From NCBI GenBank assembly GCA_021613535.1, contig CP075497.1:5394001-5458000 (forward strand): a stretch of 64,000 nucleotides of DNA, read 5' to 3'. Every line of letters starts with the position of its first letter. Position 1 is the first letter of the stretch. Source of the DNA: Adineta vaga (taxonomy: Eukaryota > Animalia > Rotifera). Below the pieces are notes generated by a model. It was not told where the DNA came from, searched no databases, and was given only the letters and a program-made list of their open reading frames with translations. The translations under genes and the position numbers were made by a program. This document shows, piece by piece, positions 38,101 to 51,402 of the stretch.

Positions 38101-41100
38101 GCTAAATCTTCTTTTGGTATCATATCTGGCCAATCACGCCAATGTCCAGCAGCACGTTTTTCAAAATAAAAGTCAAAACATGTATTTCGTTCAGGAAATA
38201 TATTTGCCTACAAAATAAGGTATGAAAATATTTGCAATTTTATTGATCAGATTTTTTTTTATTTACTTTAGAGAATTTAATTGATTTTGGTCGAGGATTA
38301 TCTGGATTTGTATTTGTTAAAAATTCTCGTAAAAATGTATCAAATTTCTTTCGACTTTCACCAGTTATTGTACCAGCTAAACCCCATATAACTGAGAATA
38401 AGAATAAACCTTGTAACCAAAGTAACATCTACATTTAATGAAAACAAAAAACAAAGAGTTTAGCAAACAAATGTCACGAAATTGGAAAAGTATTAAACTA
38501 AAGATTAATAGCATCTAGCATGCATTCCTAATTACAAACCTGGAGCGTATTTATTTGAGCCTAAGAATAAGAATTTTTGGATTCAATCAAATAGCATTTA
38601 AGAAATAATCATTCAAGAAAGAGCGAGCGAATCGATTGGTTTTTTTCCTGTTTTGCTTTGAATCTTACAGTTCTCGGCCGAATAACTGTTTGTGGAGGAT
38701 GTAATAACTCAACAAGCCATTTTGGCTGAAAGTTTTTGTATTCATTTATATATATATATATGTATTAATATTTTCTATTTTTTTTTCTATCTTTTTCGTT
38801 TAGTTACTTACGGTATTCGCATTGATTTCTGGATAAGGTTTACCATCCGAAGCTGTTGTACCAACGCCGGCAATTTCATCCATTAATGAAGAATATAAAC
38901 GCATTAGACTAAATGTTAAATGGATTGGTGATGTTGATAATTGAAATTTACAATTAAAACGAAGAAATTCGAGACATGGATCGATTAACCATTCGAATAA
39001 ATCATTGACTAATTCACGTGCTTCTTTTGTTAATGATGCAGGTAATTCATATTGAACATATGAGTCTTTGAAAACTCGCCAACCTAGTTGATTAGGATCC
39101 ATATAAATCATACCACAACGTGATACAGTGGCAGGTGAAGCTTGTTCAAGATCTTCAGGTTCAAAGATTAAATTCATTTGAGCACTCATTTGAATAATTT
39201 CACCACTCATCAAACATAACTAGAATATAGTTACACAAAATAATTAATGCATTTACTGATTCAAGAGTTAAATTATTTCTCTTAGCCTTACTTTTTTATT
39301 ATCATCAAGTACTGTATTCATATTTTCAATCCATACTGCATCAACAGGTCCTGAAAATATTTAATAATGAGAAATACATATTTTTTCTTTTTAAAAAATT
39401 TAGTTTTACCATCGAAAATAATCCATTTTCTATCTAAAGATTGACTAGATGCATATTCTCGAAATGTTGTTGCCAACACACCTTTCAAAAGAATCAAATT
39501 TAATATTAAAACTCATCATTTATTTTACATACCATCAGTCCATTCATGTGAAACCTCTGCAAGGAAAAGAAAAGGAAATCAATGTTTTATATTCGTCTTA
39601 TAATTTTATCTTACTATCAAATTCTCCGTAAAGTTGTCCGATAGTAATTGATTTTGGATTGATAACTTTATAAGCAACTTTATGTTCATCCATCATTCCT
39701 GCTACTTCTAAATCAGCTAATGCACCCGATAGGACTTTATATGCTGATGATTTGCCACCCATAAATGGTCCAACAATCATAAAACCATGACGAACTAACA
39801 TCATTTCATACACCTGAAAATATTCGAACAATAAAAATGATCATTTTCATTTCAATTAATAGGAAAAAAACATACTTGAATGATTTTATCAACAAAAAAT
39901 TGAACAGGTTGTAATTTTAATTGTTTCGAATTGTTATGAATAGCTTCGAGAAAAACTTCATAATCAGGTGTTGGTAAAACAACACCAGGAAATAGATCAC
40001 TGATAATACCTTCGAACAATGGAACATCCTATGAACAATAAACAGATTCATTTCGTATAAAATCTTGTTTTTTCTTTTACTTGAGCAAGAAATTTAGGTA
40101 AATTGACATCTTTAATAGCACGTAGAACTAAGATTGATTCATCTTCATCAAGATATTTTTGTTTTAAATTTCCTGATGCTGTTAAAACTGATTTGACAGC
40201 ACGCATACCATAGTCATAATGATGTTGAGATGATAACTGTTCAGAACATGTTTATATGTAGCAACAATTTTACCCGATAGAGAACGAGCATCAATAAAAC
40301 CCATCGAATATAAACTGATTTCACCAATCATTGCCTAATAAGGAAGAATATAATTTGTGTCTAAGAATGTCCACACTTACATAATCCGGTACCATCATAG
40401 CGACAGTTCGAAAGAGAACTTTTAAGTTATCAGGTAATTCTGATCGACCAGCGTAACCAGGATTCTATTAAAAGAAAGAAAAGTCTACTTGTTTTTCTTT
40501 TCATTCGAAAAAAACAAAAATTACCATAGTAATAAATACGGAACACGTTGGATCAAGTTCAAGTTCTGTGTCTTCAAAAACAAAACGTTTCTGATGAGCA
40601 GCAATAGCACGTTGAATTAATTGAATCTGTTGAGCGACGACGGATAAGACTTCTAATTCAATACGATTGAATCTAAAGATGATTAAGATCAAAAATTTGA
40701 TAAAGGAAAGTTTTTTGAAAAAAATATGCTTACTCATCAAAACAAGCCCATGCACCTAAAATAGATCAGAAAATATAACTCATTCAAATCAAAGTAGAAC
40801 TTACCTGATTGTGCTAATCCTTTGAAGAATTTGGACATAGCTTTATAATCCAAACTATCTGAACAATTGAATACAATACATTGTTTAGCAATAGCTTTAG
40901 CTAAATCTTTCGTTGTTTCTGTTTTTCCTGTACCAGCTGGTCCTTCAGGTGCACCACCAAGATTCAATTTCAAAGCACCCATCAACGTTCTAATAAACAA
41001 ATCAATAACTTTTCATATTCAAAATTAAATCTTTTATGTATCCATTTACCTGTAACAACGATCTGTTAATGGTGTAATAACCAAACGAGATGTGTTACCC

Positions 41101-44100
41101 AAATATTCATATGCATATTCCAATTCCGTTGCTAGAATGATATCAATAAATAAAACTTAATCTCCAAGAGAGAAATCTTACTGATCATATGAACCATTAA
41201 TTTTTCTGCTTCTGTATTCCAATAATATCTTAATTGTGAAATCCAAATAAATTCTGATGTTTTACTAATTTTCGTTTGAATTAAATTTGTAACAACATCT
41301 CGAGCGTGTACATCAATGACAATCAATGCTTCTAATGTTCTTCTCGGACCACTTTCTAATTTTCCTCGAACTAAATTAACTGTATCTTTAATTTCTTCAT
41401 TGGATTTTAAAAGAAATTCTTGTAAGGTATTATTCAAAATTGATTCTTCAACTTCTTTTGTCCAAAAAACTTGACTTGCACAGATAACAATTTGACCAGG
41501 CCATTCTAAAACCCATTGTTTTCGATCACGTGATGTATATGCATCTAAAGCTTCTTTAATAATCATTCGAATGGATAAATGCATTTGATCTTCAACTTGT
41601 ATTAACCATTTTTCTACCATACCACGCGCCTTACTTGGATTAACTGTACCTTTGAAGTGTACGACTTCTTTTTCAACAGAAATCATTGCCGTAATTTCTT
41701 GTTGATCATTAAATTCTAGACGATTAATACCTTCGAAACATTTCTTTAAATGTGGTTGGACACGCAATGGATCTTTTGTTTCAGATAAAATTTCAAGTAA
41801 TTCTTCATTAGATAAGAAGAAAAATCTAATAAATAAAACAAAATTTTAAGGTTATTCAATGTTCGAATTAATTAGAACCAAAGAGTAATTTACCGTGGAA
41901 AAAATAGACGTTTCTTTTCTAGGTAATTGTTAAGACCTTTTTGAATTTCTTCTAATAAACGAAAACCTTCGCGTAATTTTTCTAACATGCCAGGTTGATC
42001 TGTAGCAACAAGAACATGTGTATCTTTAACAGCGTTGACCATAATTTCTTTCCAATTACTATCAACCGTACCTGATCAAAATAAACAAATTAACAAAAAT
42101 TAAATTAATTTAATTATCGAAAAATCTTACCAAATTTTCGTCCTTCTTCAGGCATCTGATTAACAATATCTTCAGAACCGAAAATTGGTTCAAGATAAAG
42201 CCATGCTGCTTGAACTTTCAACCAAATATCGATTGTATCTTGTAATAAAGTTAATCGATCACACCAAGCACGCATTTCATCTTCTAATGGACGAATAAAT
42301 GGACTACCTAACATGGTTTGTGCTTTGATTATATGATCATCTAACATCAATTGTATATCATCAACAGCTGATAGAATATATGCAGATGTATCACGATATT
42401 TAACAAATGTAAATAACATTTCTGTCCATTCATCTTTCATTTTCGACATATTTTTCTCCAAAGAATATTCTTTCGATGCACTACCACCGATTTCATCCAA
42501 TTTTTCAACATATTTTGCAATACCAAGATCAATTAAATCGCTTAAAGTTGCAGCGGGATCATGTGGTAAAGCAAGACCAACTAATTGACCCATTTGTTGC
42601 CAATGACGTTCTTTTAAACCAGGATTACAAATAACTTGTAACAAAGGTATATGAACTTTAAATGTGTCGATACGTTTTTTAATTAAATCAGCAACACGTC
42701 GTGGACCTGGTTGATCAGTTAAAGTTTTTTGTAATTTATGTACTGTACGCCACATATTTTGTACCTATTCCAATACAAGAAATAGATAATTAAAACTAGT
42801 AAGAATAAATACATACATCTTCACTGATTGTTTCAGCATTAAGACCTCGAAATGATCCATTCATCCATTGTTCAAATGAATTATGAAATTGCCAAGCTGT
42901 ATTCCATAATTTTTCGTATGGATCTTTAGCAGCAATAATTTCTTGTAATTTAGGAAACGGTGTGATTTCCCAACCAAGTAATGATTGATCACGATTGATT
43001 TGTTCAGCTTCAAGTTTATATTCTTCAACGAGTTTATTCGTATCAGCTAATTTTTCGACATTCATACGCATTTCTTCATTACTTAAAACCTATGAAAGAA
43101 CGAAATAAAAAACATTGAGATAAAATTATGATATAGATTGACGAACATCTTTTCGTCGAAAAAGATCAACTTCTTTATGTAAATCTTCAAGTTTCTTTTC
43201 AAATTTAAGAATATGATCACGTAAACGTTCTTCCGCTCGTTCACTAAAAATATTCGAGAAAATTTTTCATCTTTAAACATTCACAAATAAACAGCTTACC
43301 GTAAAGCTGCTAATCGACTTTGATTAAGTTCAAGAATATTCATAATATTTTCTGGCCAATGAAATACTTGTGCATTGAGTTTGAGATCTTCCGCTATAGT
43401 GAAAAGGAGATAGAATTTTTCATGATTTCATTTAATTCTTTCGAAACATACGTGGCATGATGGCATAATCTAATAAGAACATCAATCGTTCTTTTGCTTC
43501 ACCAATTTTATAAGCTAATTTGTAAACTAAACTTTCTAACGCTTTGTTAAGATAATCAGTTGTTCGAACTAATTCTTCAATTTCATCTGCTGGTACACTA
43601 ACTGTTGCAGCTATTTCATCATATTCACGAACGATTTCTTTATTTAATTTGGAATTTTCTTCGATACAATGTTGAACAAATTTGTCTCGTAATTTCCGTA
43701 CAATTTTAATTAAATGTTCATTTAAATCTCGACAATCTAAATTAAATAAATTCAATGGTGCCCAAATACGTTTTAGAATAATTTCATTTGCTAAGTCAGT
43801 TTTTCGTTTAATTTCGTTTTCGAATTCTTCAAGTACATGTGGATGACGAAGAAATTCTGTGGTTTCTAGTTCGGCTTTATTATTTAATAGATTCTGATAT
43901 TGATCATATTCATGTAAATATAATTGTGGACCAGGAAGATTTTTGGTTAGAACATAAAGAACACGTTGCGTTGTATGATCAACGATTTCTTCTTCGATTC
44001 GAACATGACGAATCAATAATTTTGTTTTCGTATCGAATAATTGTGATTCAATTCGTGGAATATTCGCAGCACCATTGACAATATATTTGATACAACGTTG

Positions 44101-46223
44101 AAGCATGGAACGTATATCTTGATTCGTTGGATCAAATGCTATTTTGGGTCCATCAGCATATAGACGTTGTGTAAATACTGGTTTACGTGTAAAATTCATA
44201 ACATTATAATCAACAGAAGGATCTTCTGATCTATAATCATTTCCATGAATATATTCTTCAAAAAATCGAGCAAAATCTTCTAAGGAATTATTAACAAGTT
44301 GACGAATATGGGCAGCCATAAGAGCAGCAACTGTATTGAAAAATGATTCCACTAAATCTGTATTACCATCATCTGCTTCGGGAACCATAGCTTCCCAAAA
44401 TTGTCGATTTTCAGCAACTAATCGAGTACAACTAGTGAGCCACCTTAAGAAATCGATTGAATATATTTGGATTCTTCTATAGATATTTTTTATACTTACT
44501 GTGTAACTAGTGTTTGTCTCATTTGATTAACACGTTGTTCAATAAATTTTTCGAAATCTTGTGGTATCATTGGAAATGGTGCATTCATTAAATCTTGAAA
44601 ACTGATTAATCGTTGATGTGCATATACATCATCCCAAAGTATTTGTAATGAAGACATGATTGGATTATTTCCATGTAATGTTATCAATAAGTCATTTTTT
44701 GTATCAGTCATTGTATCATGCCATTCAATTGGTGCACGTATGGTACGTAAACGAAATGTTTTTGGAACATTTTGAATTTTAACACGTTGTCGTTCATTTG
44801 GATCTAATAGAATATAATCGACAATAGCTTTACGAACAGCAAGATCATATGTCGAATGAATTTCATCCTTTAATTCGTCATGTACTGATTTTAAGGATGG
44901 TTGAAGAAGTTTTGGTATCAAATGAGAACAAAATCGACTATATTGATCAGTTGGTTCAGGTGCCACCATTCGTGATTGAACACCCTTCGTAACATAGTAC
45001 CAATATCGCTAGTATAATAATAATAAATGAAATTGAGATACACGAAAAGTATGTATTTACTTCAACTTCTTCTTTTCTTGGTTCAGGAATTCGACGTGAT
45101 TCTTCTTCTGTAAGCCATGAAAGCATATTCATTTGGTCCGTTGGCGAAACTGGACGCGATGGAGGCATGATCCATTTTTCAGCCCTATAAAGAAAAAAAA
45201 ACACATTGTTATTCAAAGAAAGGTCATTTAAAAAACTTAAAAGGATTCAATAATTTGTTATAAAACCTTGAAAAATGTCTTCATCTTGTCGAAATGTTCA
45301 AATAAAAACCTCCTTCTGTCTAGAAAAATTTTAAACAAATTCTTTACTTTTCTTTTCGAAAATCTTGTGCTCGTTTTTGTTTCTTTTGTATCGAATTTGG
45401 TGTTGCTGGTTCCTCACGTGTACGTTTTAAAAATTCATCGACTAAATCAGAAAGAAAAACATCCAATTAATAAATTAATATCACTGTATCATCTGATTCA
45501 TTAAGCCAATAATAGCTATATTCAGAGGAAACGAGCATGTGCAAAGATATACATACGATTCGCTATAAAAAAAAATAAGAAATAAATGGTGATATTACAT
45601 GGATTTTAGTAAAGGGATTAGATTCTTAAATACAGTTTTTTTAACAAACAACATTTAGTATACCTTTGTCTGGAAAGATCATTTAGATAGAATAAAATAT
45701 TTAAAATACTTGAGATTCATGGAGAAAAATATATGCGTTACCTCCTCGATAATATCCATCGCCCGGATAAGGTGTTGTTTGTTTTGCTTGTGGCAATTTT
45801 CGTATATCTAGATGTTGCGCTCCTGGACTAAAATTATTCGCTATGGATTCAACTGATGTACGAACATGTTTCTGTTCTTTAAATGGTACGGCTACTGTCC
45901 ATGAATCTGGTTGAACTAGTGGCGGATGTGTACCATGATTGAGAACAACCTAAAATAAAGAATAGCTGAGATTTCTTTTTCTGCATATCAAAAAATAAAA
46001 TCGTACTTTATACAATTCCGACACTTCACCTTGATTACGAGGCCACGGGGCTAAGGGCTTAGAGACACTGCTTGAATAAGGCGGTGTTACTAATGTCTAT
46101 AATACAAATATTGAACTTAAATTTTATTTATATCAAAATAATGATGACCTTAGATTTATCACCAGGGTTTATCTTTGAAACAGTACCATTTTGGTTAGTT
46201 GTATGAGATCGACCGTTATGCAT
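29132..46223 (-). CDS. DNAH3: Axonemal inner-arm dynein heavy chain, DNAH3-type, many exons
   Basis: P1 loop [29 protein letters not shown]; P2 GPFMGGKS; P3 GPTGTGKS; P4 GIGGSGR; C-terminus [16 protein letters not shown]-terminal [24 protein letters not shown] and RPVSP resemble DNAH3 rather than DNAH7/12. Confidence 0.9.
30579..30920 (-). CDS. Neuropeptide precursor (two PSWAxV-amide peptides) nested in DNAH3 intron 30451-31293
   Basis: ATG-started 113-aa intronless ORF: signal peptide, acidic spacer, [15 protein letters not shown] and [10 protein letters not shown]-stop; TATA-like TATAATAAA at 31069-31061; AATAAA at 30578-30573 and 30538-30533. Confidence 0.85.
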   Translation of the reverse strand: MIYRTFIYLTLLLIFFSITLVKSCPCQLVDNETPAVMTTDMSSAANQLVDDENVEDDLEQLSSTNRYETFYPVFRHAKNLSTSRKRFKRPSWATVGKRSSIVLKKRPSWAQVG

Positions 46224-46439
46224 GAATTTGGAAGTTACAAGAGATACATTATTCAATAAGAAAAATAAATCTAGAAAATGGAAAAGTGAGAGAGAAAACT
46301 GAACTGTATGACCAATTTTAACATTGAATACTAGACTAAAGTAAAAAAGACAATCGATGTGGACACTTGAGATAAAATGTTTTTGTTCAGGGTTGATGTA
46401 ATAGCTTTTTTTTCGATCACATCGCCATTGATATACAAA

Positions 46440-46452
46440 GTTGCTTAACAAC
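46440..46452. promoter_or_regulatory. Candidate RFX X-box upstream of DNAH3
   Basis: GTTGCT-T-AACAAC ~220 nt upstream of the ATG; a further AGCAAC half-site near 46498-46503. Confidence 0.5.
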
Positions 46453-47097
46453 GATCTCTGTACGGAAAGATGCAAGCAAAAATAGCGCCATCTGGTTAGC
46501 AACCGTACGTTAAAATCAAAAGCTCTTCGACTTTTTCTAATAATTGAACATCTGATTGTTAGAAAAGTTCATTCAGATGTTCGAAAACAATAAAACGAAA
46601 TAGTTTGTTATTCACTTGCTACCAATACTGATAATTAAACGTTTTCCTGAAAATAATTTTACCGTTTAATGATTGACAATCGAACACAGTACTTGTTTGC
46701 TCGTCGTCAATAAGCATAAAAGAACAATGAGAAATCATCAATAGAAATGTCCGGAATAATTTCTTTCGTAATATTAAAAAAAAGCATAGAAATATTTTCT
46801 TTTTTTTTGAAAAAAAGGAAAGATCGACATTAAGTGCATTTTTCTATTTCACATGCAATTTTTATTCGTAAAAAGCAACTAATTGGAATTTTATTTCATT
46901 ATAATCTTCTCTAAAACAATTGGATAATTATTTTGCAGAAAAAAGAACTATGTATATACAGCTATCTGAGATAATAAAATATACTTATCAGAACTATAGT
47001 TAACTGATAAAGAGCTGTAGAGAATGAGATAGTAATCCTCATTTCATTTATTACCATTCTGTTGTTTTGCATCACACTTGCGCAATACTCTTCGTTC

Positions 47098-48322
47098 ATG
47101 GCAGAATTTGATGAGAGACTTCAATCTGATCATTTACATGATGCTTGGTCTCTGTTAGATGAATATTATAGTTTCTGTCAGTTAGCAGGTCAACGTAAAA
47201 AACTTGAACAACAACTTCAAGATGCTAACATTCCATTAACACATGTGCCATGGAAGAAATTGGTTTCAACAATTTTATGTCAACGTCTATTCTTTGATAA
47301 TGAATTAAAAGACATGAGTTGTAATACACTAGATTGTTGTACAGAATCTGATATTGTTGCAAGTCAAACGACTATTAATACTTTACTTGAAAGTTATCAC
47401 AGAGATGAAAAAGAAAGTAATCTTACTGACACATGGTTTGAGATTAATGAATTAAAACAACGTTTTCAACAAGCTGCAAACAATATGCCAATCAATCGAC
47501 CAGCACGAAAAGAGATGCTGCACAAAATACTAGGTTATCCAACAGGTAAGATTCATTGTACAAGGAATTTTATGAAACAATTCTCATATTGTAGGATATG
47601 TCGATGAATATACTGAATTAGAAATCGATAACAATCAAAACAACAATAAACAATTAGATTTAACACGTGTTCTTACGAACGATGAACAGCATCAAATGGA
47701 TACGGGTGATCTAATTGAATTGAGTGGATATCGTTTACACGACGCATTTTATGTTTATCGTTTACCACAAAAAGGTATTTGGTCACAAATTCAAGAGATG
47801 TGGTTAAAGCATCAAATCAAAGATTTCGTCTTTCAAGATGAACAGACAAATCCAGATGAAGACGTAGAAGTAGATATTATTCTAATTCCAGCAAAAGATG
47901 AATATGGCTATGGTGTTCCTTATTTATTTGCTACAAGAGCAAATGCATCATTACCTGATGGTGCTCTCTATAAATATGTCGATATTAATTGTCCTCTCAT
48001 AGCTCGACATACACAAAATCCAACAATTGTACTTGTACAAAAGCATCTGGCAAAACTTTTACAAAATCCTGTTTATCAGGATGAATATATCGGTGACGAG
48101 ATGACTGTAGATCCAAATCGATTTCCGCAAGAATATGTCGCCACCGTACATATCAATCATGACGCCATTGATAATATTAGATGGACAAGACTTGCTCATT
48201 ATGATGGCACAAAACCTGCGATAGATCTTAATGATAATCGTGATATTTTCTATTCACGTCGAATTTTAGAAGCCGAAGAACAATATCGACAAAAGCAATC
48301 ATCAAAAAATACAATCGAATAA
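47098..48322 (+). CDS. Uncharacterised ~390-aa protein, 2 exons (47098-47545, 47595-48322)
   Basis: Two ORFs join in frame across a 49 nt GT-AG intron; no family recognised. Confidence 0.75.
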
Positions 48323-48449
48323 CAACATAAACTTGATTTCTTTTCTCGCACTATTAAACATGATGAAAATAAATGATTAAATACAAACACAACTATATTT
48401 GAAGAAGATAGAGAGAAAAATATATAAACAAAAGAAAAGTCCGTTATCT

Positions 48450-49848
48450 TTAAAAACCATATTTGGCTTGTGTCTGTCTCTTTGTTAATTTCTGTTGACT
48501 CCACATATTCTTCAATTGTAAATCATCATGTTGAGCCTATATAACACAATTAAATCAATATGACAAATAAAATGTTTAGTTTGATTTACCTTAGCAACAA
48601 GATAAGTAAGTTGTGATCGTTTTTTCGCTTCTCCTTTTGGTACATGAATGGCTGCTTGTGCAAGCATTGTTTCACGTTCTTCAGTTGCATTTTTAAGTAA
48701 TTGTAATTTGGCACTTTCACCAAGCATTGAATCAATATGTACACTCTTGATTTCTTTGTAACGATCACTTTTTGGAATATAACGTAATAACTAGAAAAGA
48801 TAAAAGTGATGAATAGAACAATAAAAAGTTTGTATTTACTTCATCATCATCTTCAGCTGTTTGTTGGTAGGTCGATTGTTCATTATATTCATCAAGATCT
48901 TCGAAATCTGTGGATGATTGAAGTAATACTGGTTGTTCAACAGCAACAGGTCGAGGTTTTGGAAATGTTTCACGTAAAACACTTTCCACGTCTGTACTTG
49001 TGATTTCTATTTGATTCGATTTTGATAAACCAAGAAAATCTGATTGATCATCAGTGTCATCATCTTCAACATCGCTATCATTCTTAGCTGGTCCAACTAA
49101 CGCAGTAGCTGCTGTTTTCTTTGGTTGCTTTTTATTTAATGTATATGGAATAAATAGACCGGTAGAGCTCACTTGAGGAGCTGTTGTTGATGGATTCTTA
49201 ATAACAGGTAAACTGGGTGGTGGCGTTGGTTTGTCTTCATCATATACTGGAGGAGGGAGAGAATTTAATAATGCACAATTCTAATAGATACTTATGAAAG
49301 TTTGAAAATTGAAGGAAAGTAAATGACTTACTCGTTTTGTAGTTATTAATTTTCTCTTCGGTTTATCTTCTTCATCTGAATCCTAGGAAGAAATATAATA
49401 TGTCAAAACAATAAAATCAAATGATTTCGTTTACTTGTTCGATCGTTGGTATGAAAATTTTTATTGGTCCATCACGTTTTCGTTTCGGTGGTTGTTTTGG
49501 TAATTCAGGGATATTTTTAGCATATGATTTATTGTCACCACGAACGATATCTTCAAGCTCAGTTTCAGGAAGATCTTCAGAATTTGTAGTTATATTTGAT
49601 GAAGAAACATCTTGAGGTTTAGGAAGATTTGCTAATAGATTAGAAGAAGATTTCGGTGTTGGTTCTGTTGAATATTCATCATCATCATCATCATCATTAG
49701 TGCTGACAATGGTCTTCGATGAAAGATGTGATGGAGCGGGTAAATGAAGTCGACGAACATTTGATGATTGAACATTCGTATTATTATTAATGATATTTTC
49801 TTCTTCTTCTCCTTCACTCGAATCACCTTCGTAATTAACCAGCGACAT
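48450..49848 (-). CDS. PRCC: Proline-rich protein PRCC, multi-exon
   Basis: MSLVNYEGDSS start and C-terminal KKRSQLTYLVAKAQ...KRQTQAKYGF* signature. Confidence 0.9.
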
Positions 49849-49930
49849 TTTTCTATCTGAAATATATCAAACCAAAAAACATTGTCTAATCTGTGTTAAT
49901 AACAAAAATGTTTGATAGAAAAACAAAATT

Positions 49931-50645
49931 TTATGCTGTCTCTTCTTGTTTTTCCTCTTCATCTATTTTTTCCGGATATCTCAAACGATTTTCTGCGATT
50001 TTTCTTGCTCGATATGCATCAACATAATCAGCTGGATCAACAGGGAAAAAACCACAACGTCCTATAAAAAGAAAATAAAAGATATTTTCAAAACAATAAA
50101 AATCGTGTTTTATTTTCGTTTTACCAAGTAATTTCTGTACCCATGGATTAATCACAACACCCTCGGTACCAATCCAATATCTAAGTCGTTTTAAATTCAG
50201 TGCCACTAAAACTTCATTCTTATCATTTGGCATTGGATCGTATGAACCAAGATTTTCAATGATTTCATTCGCATTTGGTGAATGTTTCATTCGTTGAATA
50301 ACAATACGATTAAATTGACGATTTCTGCAACCAATATTTTGTAAACGAATCTCATAAGGACCGAGATCATCGACTGGTACTATATCAGGAGGTGGTCTAA
50401 AGAATATAATGAGCACATTTTGCAAAAAGAACAAATTGAATTGATATATACCCATGACGAAATGTGAATACTTTCCCGGTTGAATCAACTGCTGTTTTCT
50501 CTTCTTTGTTCGTTAGTGTTGACGATGATGAAAGTTCCGTTGAAGTCGAAGGATTAGCAGGTGGTACAGTACGTACGTAACGTTTAGAAATTGAAAATAA
50601 ACATGTGAGTGGTGTTGATCGAACAAGAAGATATTTTTCTAACAT
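49931..50645 (-). CDS. MRPS16: Mitochondrial ribosomal protein S16, 3 exons
   Basis: IRLQNIGCRNRQFNRIVI...LGSYDPMPNDKNEVLVALNLKRLRYWIG...LLGRCGFFPVDP; presequence-like N-terminus. Confidence 0.92.
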
Positions 50646-51051
50646 CTAAAAAATAATCATAATCTTCCCGATGAGGAATTCAATTTTAACAATGAATTAT
50701 TTCAGTAACTTTTATAATAGTTTCTATATCATGAAAATGAATATAAAAAGAAACAAATTTTAAGCAATTTCTATTCTATTTCTGCAAGTGCAAGAGTATA
50801 TTATGATTGATCGATTATTTCTTCCAATTAGATTGTGTAGCACGGTTATGCACTTTGATATGTATTCACACCAGTTCAGATTCGGAATGATGAGTCTCAT
50901 TTCAATCAATTGTTACTTCTCCCGATTATCGAACAATATCAGTGTCTTTTATCTTCAAAATTCGAAATGAAAAATCAGTAGACAAATAATAAAACAAATT
51001 GAATTCGTTGTCTCTCTTTTATTTCACAACGACAAAAAGAAAAATTTTCTT

Positions 51052-51402
51052 TTATAGTGTTTCACATTCAGCATTGGAAATGCTCTTGCTAAGATTCCAT
51101 GAGAGATAGATAACAACTTGACATTTCGTTTTCTCACCGGCCCCATCAATTGGTTCACCAATAAAATCAATCTTATAATTCGTACCTGAAACAACTTGAG
51201 TTTGAACACGAACAATTTTAAGATCTTTTAGACGAATATTTTCTGATGTATGTAAATAACCAGCAGCATAATGGGTCAAAAGTACAACAGTGTCATCTTC
51301 AATTAATTCTGGTCTTTCTGAATAACCACCGAGCACCATCATTCCGAATGAGCTGTGATAAGCAGCAATCATCATGAGAAGTACAAAAGCGAGTCTGAGC
51401 AT
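51052..51402 (-). CDS. Secreted cystatin-family protease inhibitor, intronless
   Basis: Signal peptide, N-terminal LGG, QVVSGTNY (QxVxG), SW loop and terminal Cys pair; TATAAAA at 51495-51489. Confidence 0.85.
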   Translation of the reverse strand: MLRLAFVLLMMIAAYHSSFGMMVLGGYSERPELIEDDTVVLLTHYAAGYLHTSENIRLKDLKIVRVQTQVVSGTNYKIDFIGEPIDGAGEKTKCQVVIYLSWNLSKSISNAECETL

